NCBI GenBank assembly: GCA_943327245.2
Contig: CALPWK020000001.1
Span: 1-59,007, forward strand
Direction: 5' to 3'
From: Comamonas sp. lk
Lineage (GTDB): Bacteria > Bacteroidota > Bacteroidia > Chitinophagales > Chitinophagaceae
Length of the DNA stretch: 59,007 nt
The translations under genes were made by a program, and so were the position numbers. The notes beneath the pieces are model-generated. The model was not told where the DNA came from. It searched no databases and saw only the letters and a program-made list of their open reading frames with translations. Shown here in pieces: positions 1 to 10,312 of the stretch (positions are counted from its first letter, which is position 1; each line of letters opens with the position of its first letter).

Positions 1-1320
1 CAAAAAGCGGTTTACAATTGGCTTCAAGGTAAGCAAGAAGCAGTAGGAAAATTACCTGTAACAGTATCACCTACACTAGAAGTAGGCATGGGAGAAATGA
101 GCAATACTTTAGTACCTCCGTTTGAAAAAAAAAAGATAAGCGGAATTGATATTACTAAATTAGATGTGATAGATTCCATTGTTGCAGACGCCATTCAAAA
201 AAATGCAATCCCAGGATGTCAGGTTTTAGTTGCAAAGAATAATGAAATAGTTTTTAATAAATCTTATGGCCATATTGCAGGTGTTGAAACTGCACCTGTA
301 ACAGCGCAAACAGTATATGATTTAGCCTCAGTCACTAAGGTAAGCGCTACTACAGTTTCTATTATGAAATTAGTAGACGAGGGAAAAGTAAATATAGACA
401 AGACCATTGGAGATTATCTTCCTTGGGTGAGCGGTAATGCAAAGGCATCCATAAGTTTGAGGGATTTATTATTGCATCAGGCAGGTTTATACCCCTATAT
501 AAAATTTTATGAAGCATTATTACAAACTGACGGACAATTCATTCCTGGAACAGTAAGTGCAGTTGCCGATTTGACACATCAAAAAATGATAAGTCCTTCA
601 AAGTATTTATTGAATAGCTGGACTGATACCATTCAAAATAAAATATTGAGCAGCCCCGTCACGGAAGCAGGAAAATATATTTATAGCGATAACGATTTCA
701 TATTTTTAGGTTTAATAGTGGAACAAATCACAGGTATGAGTTTAAGTGATTACGCTACACAGCAGTTTTATACACCACTTAATATGCATAGTACAGGATT
801 CTTGCCGCTTCAAAAAACAGGACTTCAAAACATTGCAGCAACCGAGGTTGATAATTATTTTAGACATGAGTTAATTCAAGGATCAGTGCATGACGAAGGC
901 GCTTCTACGATGGGAGGAATAGCAGGACATGCCGGGTTGTTTAGTAACGCTACCGACCTAGCTAAACTATATTTGATGTTATTAAACAAAGGCAATTGGG
1001 AAGGAAAACAGTATTTAAAACCAGAAACTGTTGCAAATTATACCGCCTATAATACTCCCAATAGCAGAAGAGGTTTAGGTTTTGATAAACCAGAAAAAGA
1101 CAATGCCCATTCCAAAGACCCTTATCCAAGTTTAAGTCCATCGCCAAGTACATTTGGTCATACTGGCTTTACAGGCACTTGTGTATGGGCCGACCCAGAA
1201 CATGAATTATTATATATTTTCTTGTCTAACAGAGTATTTCCTACAAGAGACAATAAAGTATTTAGCTTCCTTAATTTAAGGCCTAAAATTCAGGAAGCCA
1301 TTTATAGTGCACTAAATTAG
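1..1320 (+). CDS. GH3 beta-N-acetylglucosaminidase / serine hydrolase (beta-lactamase class C-like, AmiE-type) fusion, 5'-truncated by window
   Basis: Frame is open from base 1 (QKAVYNWLQGKQEAVGKLPVTV, a GH3 C-terminal GKLPV motif), so ATG 88 is internal; SxxK (SVTK), YSD and HTG motifs; GHAGLFS. Confidence 0.85.
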   Translation, partial: QKAVYNWLQGKQEAVGKLPVTVSPTLEVGMGEMSNTLVPPFEKKKISGIDITKLDVIDSIVADAIQKNAIPGCQVLVAKNNEIVFNKSYGHIAGVETAPVTAQTVYDLASVTKVSATTVSIMKLVDEGKVNIDKTIGDYLPWVSGNAKASISLRDLLLHQAGLYPYIKFYEALLQTDGQFIPGTVSAVADLTHQKMISPSKYLLNSWTDTIQNKILSSPVTEAGKYIYSDNDFIFLGLIVEQITGMSLSDYATQQFYTPLNMHSTGFLPLQKTGLQNIAATEVDNYFRHELIQGSVHDEGASTMGGIAGHAGLFSNATDLAKLYLMLLNKGNWEGKQYLKPETVANYTAYNTPNSRRGLGFDKPEKDNAHSKDPYPSLSPSPSTFGHTGFTGTCVWADPEHELLYIFLSNRVFPTRDNKVFSFLNLRPKIQEAIYSALN

Positions 1321-1324
1321 TTGT

Positions 1325-3511
1325 ATGAGAATTCGCTATCTAACCCTGATATTTTGTTTTTGTGCAGTGTATTGTACTGCACAAAATAACCTAGGTGGCA
1401 TTGGTCAATGGCGAGAACACTATGCGAATTACAATGTGCAACAATTGGTCATGGGGGACCAGTTATATGGCGCAAGTAAACATCAAGTGTTTTCATTAAA
1501 TGAGTCATACGAAGTTAGCTTGCTTGGCAAGTCCAATGGGCTTCATGAAATTGGAATTGCTCAAATAGCTTGGGATAAAGCTCAATCCCAATTAATTATT
1601 GCATATAATAATAGCAGTATCGATGTCAAGCAAGGAGACCAAGTATACCTTATAAATGATATAACATTATCTAATTTATATTCTTCTAAAAAAATTAATC
1701 ATGTCAATATTCAAGGAAATTGGGCATTTATATCCACAGATTTCGGCATTGTTGTTGTGGACTTAATTCAGCATGAAATAAAAGATACATGGTTTCCCAA
1801 TAATAACAGACAAGCAATAGTAACCTATCAAAGTGCTGTATTAAATGATAGCTTATATGCTTTAACTGAAAATGGATTAATGGTATGCCCTTTACAAAAT
1901 AACTGGGTAGTCAATAATCAATGGCAAAGCAATTCTACATTTAATGGCCTAGGGCTTACTAAATTGTACAATTTTAATGGTGTATTGTATTTGTATAATG
2001 CACGTCAGATTTTTAAATCCTCTCAGTCATATGCCATATTAAATGATCCCTTAGGTAGTATTGAGAAACTAAGTAATGATAAAACTGGTCTATTACTAGC
2101 CACTCAGCATAATAATAAGGGGAATCTTTTACGCATAAACGCAGACTTTACTACTACTAGTCTTCTAGATAGTAGTGAATTATTAGCCCCTATAGATATA
2201 CTTGTAAATGGATCAAATATTTGGATAGCAGATTCCCTAAAAGGATTGTTAGCACATAGCAATAAAAATACATGGATTGATTTAGGCGGACCTCGTTATA
2301 ATATATATGGAAGTACTACAATTAATGAAACTAATTTTATTACGCCTTATGCTTCTAATAATGGATTTGGAGTTTATGACGAATCTGGCTGGCATCATTA
2401 TAGCCAAATTAATACTGAATTATTACCAATACTTTATTCAAGTTCCATTAATCCAAAAGACGATTCGTATTGGTTAGGAGGGATTAATCAATTAATACAT
2501 TTCACTTCTGATTTTAAAAAAACAGCATCTTATCTTTTAAATAATAATAAGGGAATAATCACAGCTATTGACTTTTCTAAAACCGGAAATGGTTTTGCAT
2601 TACAGAATCAACAGGGGCTTATACAACAGCAAAATAATGTTTGGACAAATATTGTGGCGCCATCTAACTTTTCATTTTCTGGTGTTCATAAAATGATTAC
2701 AAATCAGCAAGAACAAGCCTGGATAATTGCACCTAACAATCAAGGGATATATATTTATCAATCTGCTAGTTATTTCCCAACTGCCATATGGAAACAACTT
2801 AGCACCAATAGTAATAGCGGGAATCTACCAAGCTTAAAAGTAACTAGCCTTGTTGAAGATGCTACTGGATCCATATGGGTTGGAACGGATAACGGTATTG
2901 GTATATTTCAATGTGGAGATATTTCTAAGGAAGCTTGTAATGCATTCATTCCCACGTTAAGTAATAACGATTTTAATGGATATCTATTTCAAAAGGAAAC
3001 TGTAAATAGTATAGCTGTTGACGGAGCCAATAGAAAATGGGTGGGTACTAATAATGGTGTTTGGTTATTGAGTCCAGATGGCTATGATATTTTAGTACAT
3101 TTTACACAAAACAATAGTCCACTTGCAAATGATACTGTCTTACAAATTAAAATTTCGCCTATAACCGGTGAAGTATTTTTTATTGGTGCAAGTCAAATAG
3201 TCAGCTATAGGGGGACCGCAACTAAAGGAAGTAAATACCAAAATACAATTTCCATTTTCCCAAATCCAGTTACTCCAGATTACAATGGAATAATTAGTAT
3301 AAAAGGATTAATAGAAAATGCAATTGTAAAAATTACAGACTTGAATGGAAAATTAGTATTTCAAACAAGGGCGCTAGGTGGACAAGCAGTTTGGAATGGA
3401 AAAACCTACGAAGGGAACAAACCAGCTACCGGTATTTATCTAGTTTTTGTAAGAGACGACACAGGTAATGAAGAAGGAATCGGTAAAATTGTTATCACAA
3501 AAGGCCGCTAG
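1325..3511 (+). CDS. porZ: T9SS component PorZ (beta-propeller repeats + C-terminal sorting domain)
   Basis: Signal peptide, IGQWREH start, Reg_prop repeats (IAVDGANRKWVGT), C-terminal IFPNPV...GIYLVF...KIVI. Confidence 0.8.
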   Translation: MRIRYLTLIFCFCAVYCTAQNNLGGIGQWREHYANYNVQQLVMGDQLYGASKHQVFSLNESYEVSLLGKSNGLHEIGIAQIAWDKAQSQLIIAYNNSSIDVKQGDQVYLINDITLSNLYSSKKINHVNIQGNWAFISTDFGIVVVDLIQHEIKDTWFPNNNRQAIVTYQSAVLNDSLYALTENGLMVCPLQNNWVVNNQWQSNSTFNGLGLTKLYNFNGVLYLYNARQIFKSSQSYAILNDPLGSIEKLSNDKTGLLLATQHNNKGNLLRINADFTTTSLLDSSELLAPIDILVNGSNIWIADSLKGLLAHSNKNTWIDLGGPRYNIYGSTTINETNFITPYASNNGFGVYDESGWHHYSQINTELLPILYSSSINPKDDSYWLGGINQLIHFTSDFKKTASYLLNNNKGIITAIDFSKTGNGFALQNQQGLIQQQNNVWTNIVAPSNFSFSGVHKMITNQQEQAWIIAPNNQGIYIYQSASYFPTAIWKQLSTNSNSGNLPSLKVTSLVEDATGSIWVGTDNGIGIFQCGDISKEACNAFIPTLSNNDFNGYLFQKETVNSIAVDGANRKWVGTNNGVWLLSPDGYDILVHFTQNNSPLANDTVLQIKISPITGEVFFIGASQIVSYRGTATKGSKYQNTISIFPNPVTPDYNGIISIKGLIENAIVKITDLNGKLVFQTRALGGQAVWNGKTYEGNKPATGIYLVFVRDDTGNEEGIGKIVITKGR

Positions 3512-4080
3512 TTAATAGTCATATCGAAAGTCTTAAATGACTTGAACTTCCAAGAATCACGCTCTCCTTGTTCTACACGATATAAAATTTGTCTTATTTT
3601 ATTAGTAGGTAATTTAATAGTAGTGTCAGATTCAAATATTGGAAATTTTCTGAATAAAATCCCTTCTACCAATTTAAATTCATCCTTACCACGATATCCC
3701 TTGCTCAATACCATGTCATTGGTTATGTCAGGAAAAAATATGGGAATTAATCTTTCATTCGCCTGAGAACTAACACTTAAAATAGTTGACCTACCCTCTT
3801 TATCTAAAATGTAAATAATGATATCAGGGAATCCATCCATGTTTAAATCATCAATCTCCGCATTAGTAACACGTCCTTTCAATTCAAGCGACACTTCTCT
3901 TACTTCTGGCTTAAACCCTATTGGTCTAATATTTAAAATATTTCTGTCGATAGCTTTATTAATACAAGAAATACGATATCCAGATTTACCTATTTTCATG
4001 GTACTATCATACTTGGGCAATGTTTGTGCCCCACCTACAAAGGTCATAAATAGTAATCCAAAAAAAATACAATAGCGCAT
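3508..4080 (-). CDS. Secreted protein, PliI-like lysozyme-inhibitor family (divergent)
   Basis: Signal peptide; DLNxDGxP, GYxGxDEF and RxFPI motifs recalled from Bacteroidota PliI-family proteins. Confidence 0.5.
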   Translation of the reverse strand: MRYCIFFGLLFMTFVGGAQTLPKYDSTMKIGKSGYRISCINKAIDRNILNIRPIGFKPEVREVSLELKGRVTNAEIDDLNMDGFPDIIIYILDKEGRSTILSVSSQANERLIPIFFPDITNDMVLSKGYRGKDEFKLVEGILFRKFPIFESDTTIKLPTNKIRQILYRVEQGERDSWKFKSFKTFDMTIN

Positions 4081-4142
4081 ATGTTATTTTTATATTTCAA
4101 AGTTAATAGAATAGTTTTAATTTACCATTTAAACCCTGCATT

Positions 4143-5081
4143 ATGTCGTTTGAAATAAATGTTAAATCGATAGTTAATTTTAAGGAGCTCCTTATTAAGC
4201 ATCCTGAAAAGGGGATTCAAATAGCTATTTGTACACGAGGTGGCCTTTTGAATAGCTGGACGATGCAGAATGAAAAAACAAATCATGAATTTATTGATGG
4301 CAATGACTTCACAAATGGCTGGGATGATTTTGAAATGAATGGATTCAAAAGTGGTAAAATGAGTCCCTTTTCTTGTAGGTTACAAAATGGGAAATATGAG
4401 CACTTAGGACAGGAATTCACCATTGATAAATTTTACTTGGGAGCACATGCACTTCACGGCATCCTATATGATGCTTTATTCGAAATCGAGTCAACCACGA
4501 GTCATGAATTGGAAGCCACTGTAAAATTAAAACATGAATATCTAGGCTCCGATAAGGGATACCCATTCCCTTTTACTATTCAAATAATTTGGACAATGAC
4601 CATTGAAAATAAAGTTTCAGTACAAACTATTATTACTAATAATTTTCATCAAGAAATTCCAATCATGGATGGCTGGCATCCGTATTTTAAATTAAACAAC
4701 ACCATTGAAACAAGCACTTTGCAATTTACTAATATTGGAAAAATTGTGTACGATAATAACTTATTGCCAACTGGTAAGATAGAAAATGATAATGAATTTG
4801 ATACGGCTAAAACACTTGCTGGTATTCATTTAGATAGTTGTTATATACTAGACCCACTAAATCCATTTTGTATATTATCAAATGCAAATTTCAAATTGAT
4901 AGTTCATCCCGAAATCAATTACCCTTATTTACAGATATACACTCCCGATAATCGAAAAAGTGTAGCAATAGAAAATCTAAGCGGAGTTCCTAACTGCTTT
5001 AATAACAAAATGGGGCTCCACTATGTGAAACCCCATGATACTTTTATCTTAAAAACGAATTACCAGATTATAATTCTATAA
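4143..5081 (+). CDS. Aldose 1-epimerase family protein
   Basis: HALHG, GWHPYF, LQIYTP, AIEN motifs. Confidence 0.85.
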   Translation: MSFEINVKSIVNFKELLIKHPEKGIQIAICTRGGLLNSWTMQNEKTNHEFIDGNDFTNGWDDFEMNGFKSGKMSPFSCRLQNGKYEHLGQEFTIDKFYLGAHALHGILYDALFEIESTTSHELEATVKLKHEYLGSDKGYPFPFTIQIIWTMTIENKVSVQTIITNNFHQEIPIMDGWHPYFKLNNTIETSTLQFTNIGKIVYDNNLLPTGKIENDNEFDTAKTLAGIHLDSCYILDPLNPFCILSNANFKLIVHPEINYPYLQIYTPDNRKSVAIENLSGVPNCFNNKMGLHYVKPHDTFILKTNYQIIIL

Positions 5082-5454
5082 CAGCAGTAATACTAATTTC
5101 AACGTTCACATTTCTAGGCAATGTTTTTACAGCCACCGTTTCGCGAGCCGGAAAATTGCTTGTAAAATAAGATCCATACACTTCATTCACCTGAGCAAAA
5201 AGTGCCATATCACTTAAGAAAATAGTAGTTTTTACCACATTTACAAAACCTAAGTTAGCCGCTTCTAATAATGATTGGATGTTTTCCATTACTTGCGTTG
5301 TCTCCGATTTAATATCCGATAATACTAATTCTCCAGTAGCTGGGTCAAAAGCAACTTGTCCGCTAGCAAAGAAAAAGCCATTTGCAATGACACCTTGACT
5401 ATAGGGTCCAATAGGAGCGGGTACTTTTTTTGATTCAATGATCTGTTTTGGCAT
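5068..5454 (-). CDS. ridA: RidA/YjgF enamine/imine deaminase
   Basis: PAPIGPYSQ, SGQ, VNEVY, FPARETVAV, VEIS. Confidence 0.92.
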   Translation of the reverse strand: MPKQIIESKKVPAPIGPYSQGVIANGFFFASGQVAFDPATGELVLSDIKSETTQVMENIQSLLEAANLGFVNVVKTTIFLSDMALFAQVNEVYGSYFTSNFPARETVAVKTLPRNVNVEISITAVIEL

Positions 5455-5530
5455 AATATTTAATTAAGAATTGCAATTTCTTGAATTTCTATCACTTGAC
5501 CAACCTATTTTTGCAAAACAATCAAATACT

Positions 5531-6211
5531 TTGGCAATTTTACTACATATAGACACAGCAGGCGAAAACGCATTGGTCGCGATAACAAAGCATAATGAGG
5601 TTTTGGGAATAGAAGAAAACAACATTTCTAATACCCATGCCCAATTTGTTCAAGAATCAATTGCACGTATTTGCACCAATCATCAAATTTCATTACAAAA
5701 TATTGATGCAGTAGTGGTAACTATGGGACCGGGTAGTTATACCGGACTCAGAGTTGGGTTATCTAGTGCGAAGGGTATTGCTTATGCCTTAAATAAACCC
5801 TTAATAGGATTGTCTACATTATCGCTATTGGCTCATGCAGCAATTGAAGCTATTACGGTCAATAAAAAATTAGAAATTGATTTTCAAATTTTCGCGATGA
5901 TTGATGCAAGAAGAATGGAAGTATTTGGTGCAATATATAATAAGGACCAACATATCGTATTATCAGAACAAGCAATTATTTTAGACATCCCTTATTTAGA
6001 ACAATGTATTGCAAAGGGACCTGTATATTGTATAGGGTCTGGCGTTGCAAAAATTAGCGCATTATTAACTCACCCTCTCTTGCATTTTATAGATAATCAT
6101 TATCAAATTCAAGATTTTATTGCATTAGCTACCGATAAGTATAATAATAACGATTTCGAAAACCTTGCATATAGCAGTCCAGCTTACATTAAGGACTTCT
6201 TTATGAAATAA
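5531..6211 (+). CDS. tsaB: tRNA threonylcarbamoyladenosine biosynthesis protein TsaB
   Basis: HIDTA, GPGSYTGLRVG, MIDARRMEV; start re-called at in-frame TTG 5531, downstream of TATTTTTG promoter element 5506-5513. Confidence 0.92.
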   Translation: MAILLHIDTAGENALVAITKHNEVLGIEENNISNTHAQFVQESIARICTNHQISLQNIDAVVVTMGPGSYTGLRVGLSSAKGIAYALNKPLIGLSTLSLLAHAAIEAITVNKKLEIDFQIFAMIDARRMEVFGAIYNKDQHIVLSEQAIILDIPYLEQCIAKGPVYCIGSGVAKISALLTHPLLHFIDNHYQIQDFIALATDKYNNNDFENLAYSSPAYIKDFFMK

Positions 6212-6314
6212 TTATAGAAATTAAGGTAAATTAAAGTTCCTTGCTGATTTTGGGAAAATTGTAGCTAGAAGTCATAATATATTACGAAAATATACATATT
6301 TAAACATTATGTCT

Positions 6315-6322
6315 TAACTTTG
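6315..6322 (+). promoter_or_regulatory. Bacteroidota sigma70 -7 element (TAACTTTG) for arsR-like gene
   Basis: Exact TAnnTTTG match 43 nt before ATG 6366. Confidence 0.7.
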
Positions 6323-6365
6323 TAATGCAATTCTAGTTCTAAAAACCCCCAACACTTTTATTGTC

Positions 6366-6701
6366 ATGAACCAATCATTACCCGTATTACAACTTGCAAA
6401 TGGCAATGCGCCTTTGAAAGTAGATTTGTTGCATAGCAAAAAAGCTGCAATGATTCTGAGAGCCTTAAATCACAAATTACGTCAACAAATTTTGAAGCTA
6501 ATAGACGAGCATCAAAAAATGACAGTTACTGAAATTTATGTTAAACTTAGATTAGAACAATCTGTTGCTTCGCAACACCTGGCTATTTTAAGAAGAGCTG
6601 GAATAGTAGTAACCATTCGTGAAGGAAAATTTATTTTTTACCAAGTAGACTACACACGTTTAGAGCAAGTAAATCAATTTGTTGAACAATTAGTAGGGTA
6701 A
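6366..6701 (+). CDS. ArsR/SmtB family transcriptional regulator (no cysteines)
   Basis: LRALNHKLRQQIL, EQSVASQHLAILRRAGIV...REGKFIFY winged HTH. Confidence 0.9.
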   Translation: MNQSLPVLQLANGNAPLKVDLLHSKKAAMILRALNHKLRQQILKLIDEHQKMTVTEIYVKLRLEQSVASQHLAILRRAGIVVTIREGKFIFYQVDYTRLEQVNQFVEQLVG

Positions 6702-6710
6702 ATTTTACAG

Positions 6711-7382
6711 ATGTTATTATCTATTGAGCAATTCCAGGAGCTGTTAAAAGAAGATCATGTTCTAGTATTAGATACAAGAACACTAGATGACTTAAAACTA
6801 GGTTATGTGCCTAATGCTATCCATGCACCCAAACACCAAATAGGTAAACTAATTGCCATGGATTTTATTAAACTAGAAAGTCCAATTATTTTAATAGCTC
6901 CTAATGGAGCTGAGCAAGAAGTCCTGACTATTTTCGAGCAGCTAGGATTTAGTAATATTAAAGGAATCTTACAAGGTGGATTTGAATCATGGATTCAATC
7001 AGAAAAGAAATTTGATATCTTAATTGATGTAGATGTTGATGAATTGGCAATGGATATACCATTTGACGAATACCTAATGATACTAGACGTTAGAACGGAA
7101 GACCAATATCAAGAAAACCATATCAAGAACGCTATTAGTTTACCATTAGTCGAATTAGCTGACCCAGGAAGTATGTCTGAGCTAGACGAACATTTTAATA
7201 TTTATATTATTAGTGACAATGGAGAAGATGCAAGTATTGCGTCAACTATATTGAAAAAGCAAGGAATACATAATAATAGAATCGTAAATGATGGTTGGGA
7301 AGCAGTTCAATTTTTGAAAGATAAATTCAAATTTGATAAAGTTAAACCACCTAAAAAAGAGGACAGTAGTTTTGAAAATTAG
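6711..7382 (+). CDS. Tandem rhodanese-like domain protein lacking catalytic Cys
   Basis: Two repeats of LD(T/V)R...(G)(Y/H)(V/I)xNAI...GG(F/W); no Cys in the protein. Confidence 0.8.
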   Translation: MLLSIEQFQELLKEDHVLVLDTRTLDDLKLGYVPNAIHAPKHQIGKLIAMDFIKLESPIILIAPNGAEQEVLTIFEQLGFSNIKGILQGGFESWIQSEKKFDILIDVDVDELAMDIPFDEYLMILDVRTEDQYQENHIKNAISLPLVELADPGSMSELDEHFNIYIISDNGEDASIASTILKKQGIHNNRIVNDGWEAVQFLKDKFKFDKVKPPKKEDSSFEN

Positions 7383-8272
7383 TTATTAGAAACTAATAGT
7401 TTACTGTGCTTTTCTGCATCAAATTTATATTTCCATCTTCGGTGACTCCATAAATAATTAGATGGATGTTGTTTGATTTTCTCCTCCAAAAACTTAACAT
7501 AAAGCGCTGTCAAGTGCCCGTCTTTAAAGTAATTAGGAGCGGTAGTCATAAGCTCATAATGTGAATGATAATGTCCTCTACTAGTTCTATAGAAATTGAC
7601 GAATACCTGTGCAGTATTATTTAATTTTGCGCCTTTTTCAGGGCCTTTTACAAATGGGGTAGGTTTCCCAAAAAATGGTACCCAAAAAGCTGACATTGGA
7701 TTCCCCGGATTTTGATCTGCGGCTAATGCCATTGCATAATTCCCTTTACTAGCATATTGGTGGAACTGATTTTTGAAATTAGTAGCAGGAATCATAATAC
7801 TGCCGAATCTAGCGCGCATATCTAGAATCATTTTATTAAAGTACCTATTTCTCAAAGGCATATACACTGCAATGAATGGATAGTTACTATATTTTGCAAT
7901 CCCCCAATTGGCGTATTCCCAATTAAAAAAATGACCTGCCATTATTTGAACACTTTGGCCTGTTGCATGTAAATTGTTTAGGACTTCTACATTGGAAGTG
8001 AACCTCTTTTCAAAACCCTTAGTAGAAATTGATAAAAACTTTATAGTTTCCACGAAAGAGTCTGTAAACTGTTGGTAAAACTCAGTCGCTATTTTTTTTC
8101 TGTCGGCGATACTTTTATTAGGAAAGGCGATTCCTAAATTATAATTAACAACGTCAACTCTATATCTTATAACATATTGTAAGATAAATGCTATAAAATC
8201 ACTAATTAAATAAAATAGCTTCCATGGCATCAAGGAGATTAAATAAAATAAACTATAAAAGATAGTATACAT
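7379..8272 (-). CDS. Lipid A / lysophospholipid acyltransferase (LpxL/HtrB family)
   Basis: GHFFNWE (HxxxxE), ADQNP, FFGKPT, YLWSHRRWK. Confidence 0.88.
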   Translation of the reverse strand: MYTIFYSLFYLISLMPWKLFYLISDFIAFILQYVIRYRVDVVNYNLGIAFPNKSIADRKKIATEFYQQFTDSFVETIKFLSISTKGFEKRFTSNVEVLNNLHATGQSVQIMAGHFFNWEYANWGIAKYSNYPFIAVYMPLRNRYFNKMILDMRARFGSIMIPATNFKNQFHQYASKGNYAMALAADQNPGNPMSAFWVPFFGKPTPFVKGPEKGAKLNNTAQVFVNFYRTSRGHYHSHYELMTTAPNYFKDGHLTALYVKFLEEKIKQHPSNYLWSHRRWKYKFDAEKHSKLLVSNN

Positions 8273-8291
8273 AATAGTAGGATTGCGGCTG

Positions 8292-10310
8292 CTACTGGGG
8301 ATCTACCCAAGCATCATTTTCTTTTAATAATTTTACTAATTCATCTACTGCAATTGCACTATCAATATTACGCTTCATTACCTCCTTGCCTTTATATAAA
8401 GTAATTTTCCCAACTCCACTCCCCACATATCCAAAATCAGCATCTGCCATCTCTCCTGGGCCATTAACAATACATCCCATAATGGCAATTTTAAGTCCCT
8501 TCAAATGATTTGTAACTTTTCTAATTTTAGCGGTAGTCTCTTGTAATTCGAAAAGAGTTCGCCCACAACTTGGACAAGAAATATATTCTGTTTTAGAAAT
8601 TCTGCTTCTAGTAGCTTGTAAAATCCCAAAACTTGTTGCGTTTAAAAACTGTTCTACCGAGGTATTGTTAACGTAATTCCTACCCGACACCTGTCCCATT
8701 TCATTGGAACCGCTTGTAGCTTTCTCATACACTTCGTCAGACAGGCTTAAGAAAATACCGTCTCCCATACCATCCAAAAATAAGGCCCCAGTTTCTGTTG
8801 CAAAATGTATTAAATGTTCGTCAGTACTATTCCAGCTACTCTCTGTCATTAAAATAACTGGAGTCGTAATTTGTAATTCCATAAATTTCACTATCATCCT
8901 GCGCACTGCAGGCATTGCATTTACTAGCTGACTGCTTAAGCAAAATACCACTGAATTATCATTGGCGATTGCTCTTAATTGATCATCAGAGATAGTTGCA
9001 TTGGTACTATAGCAGTCCACCATTACAAAATTAATAGTATTGCTTCTTTTAGTACTTGATAAAAATTCCGACCAGTCGAATAATGGAAAATATTTTTGTT
9101 CACCCACTGTAGGTTCCCAATTTGCTTGATTTATGATTACCCTTAATGTACCTGGCAAATTAAATCCCAATTGCTGTGAACCTGTATATACATAGTCGGC
9201 AGCAGCATCCGCAATATTCCACTTGTCTGTACTTTCATTATAGATATAACCAACTGCAAATAAATTAGCTGGGGTTATATTTTCAATATGATTTACATCT
9301 GCAATAACAACTGGTACATGAGTACCGCCAATATTACCAACTATACTAGTAGGTCTTCTTTTATATTCAAAAGGACTATAGGTTAATTTTTCAATGGGTA
9401 GTATAGAATTAGAAGTTGATACTTTTCTATCATTGTATCTTTTTACTATATCCTTACAAACTGGGATTTCTAATTCAGGATCCTCCGTAAGGCTTACTCT
9501 AATCGTATCTCCTATTCCGTCTTCTAACAAAGTTCCAATTCCAATAGCACTTTTAATACGACCATCCTCTCCATCTCCAGCTTCTGTAACGCCTAAGTGT
9601 AAAGGATAAGATTCACCAAATTCATGCTGCATCTGTTGTATTAATAAACGATAAGCTTGCACCATTACCTGAGGGTTACTGGACTTCATACTTAATATTA
9701 CCTGATGGTAGTCCAAGCTTCTCGCAATACGCAAAAATTCCATTGCACTTTCTACCATACCATTGGCAGTATCACCATACCTACTCATAATACGATCACT
9801 CAATGATCCATGATTGGTTCCAATACGCATGGCAGTGCCGTGTTCTTTACAAATTAAAACCAATGGAGAAAACCTTTCTCTTATACGCTCTATTTCTTCT
9901 AAATATTCTTGGTCTGTATATTCAATTTGTTCAAATTTCTTTTTATCTACATAATTGCCTGGATTCACTCTAACTTTTTCAACAATGGTAGCAGCAATTT
10001 CTGCAGCATTGGGCGTGAAGTGAATATCAGCTACCAATGGCGTTTCATAACCCTTGGCCCTAAGTGCTGCTTTAATATTGGCTAAATTGTCTGCTTCTTT
10101 CTTACTTGGTGCAGTAATTCTAACCAACTCTGCCCCTGCTTCTATACATTGAATCACTTGTGCAACTGTTTTATCAGTGTCCATCGTGTCCGTTGTTGTC
10201 ATAGTCTGAACTCTTATTGGATGCCCCCCTCCTATAATTAGATTACCCACTTTTACTTCACGGGTAATGAATCGTTGACATGAGGTAAGTGAATTACAAT
10301 ATTGTTGCAT
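8292..10310 (-). CDS. ispG: (E)-4-hydroxy-3-methylbut-2-enyl-diphosphate synthase (long three-domain form)
   Basis: VADIHF, RIGTNHGSLS, PLHLGVTEAG, CPSCGRT, MGCIVNGPGE. Confidence 0.97.
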   Translation of the reverse strand: MQQYCNSLTSCQRFITREVKVGNLIIGGGHPIRVQTMTTTDTMDTDKTVAQVIQCIEAGAELVRITAPSKKEADNLANIKAALRAKGYETPLVADIHFTPNAAEIAATIVEKVRVNPGNYVDKKKFEQIEYTDQEYLEEIERIRERFSPLVLICKEHGTAMRIGTNHGSLSDRIMSRYGDTANGMVESAMEFLRIARSLDYHQVILSMKSSNPQVMVQAYRLLIQQMQHEFGESYPLHLGVTEAGDGEDGRIKSAIGIGTLLEDGIGDTIRVSLTEDPELEIPVCKDIVKRYNDRKVSTSNSILPIEKLTYSPFEYKRRPTSIVGNIGGTHVPVVIADVNHIENITPANLFAVGYIYNESTDKWNIADAAADYVYTGSQQLGFNLPGTLRVIINQANWEPTVGEQKYFPLFDWSEFLSSTKRSNTINFVMVDCYSTNATISDDQLRAIANDNSVVFCLSSQLVNAMPAVRRMIVKFMELQITTPVILMTESSWNSTDEHLIHFATETGALFLDGMGDGIFLSLSDEVYEKATSGSNEMGQVSGRNYVNNTSVEQFLNATSFGILQATRSRISKTEYISCPSCGRTLFELQETTAKIRKVTNHLKGLKIAIMGCIVNGPGEMADADFGYVGSGVGKITLYKGKEVMKRNIDSAIAVDELVKLLKENDAWVDPQ

Positions 10311-10312
10311 AA

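Noticed and set aside
125-134. A10 homopolymer as a phase-variation tract
   Set aside because: In frame, encodes EKKK in an interdomain linker of an AT-rich gene; no evidence of switching
6273-6290. dif-like site CATAATATATTACG
   Set aside because: Central spacer is 4 nt rather than 6, and the XerD arm TTATGTTAAAT is not matched
8292-10310. Unusually long IspG as a novel fusion
   Set aside because: The inserted-domain form is already known in Bacteroidota, Chlamydiae and plants
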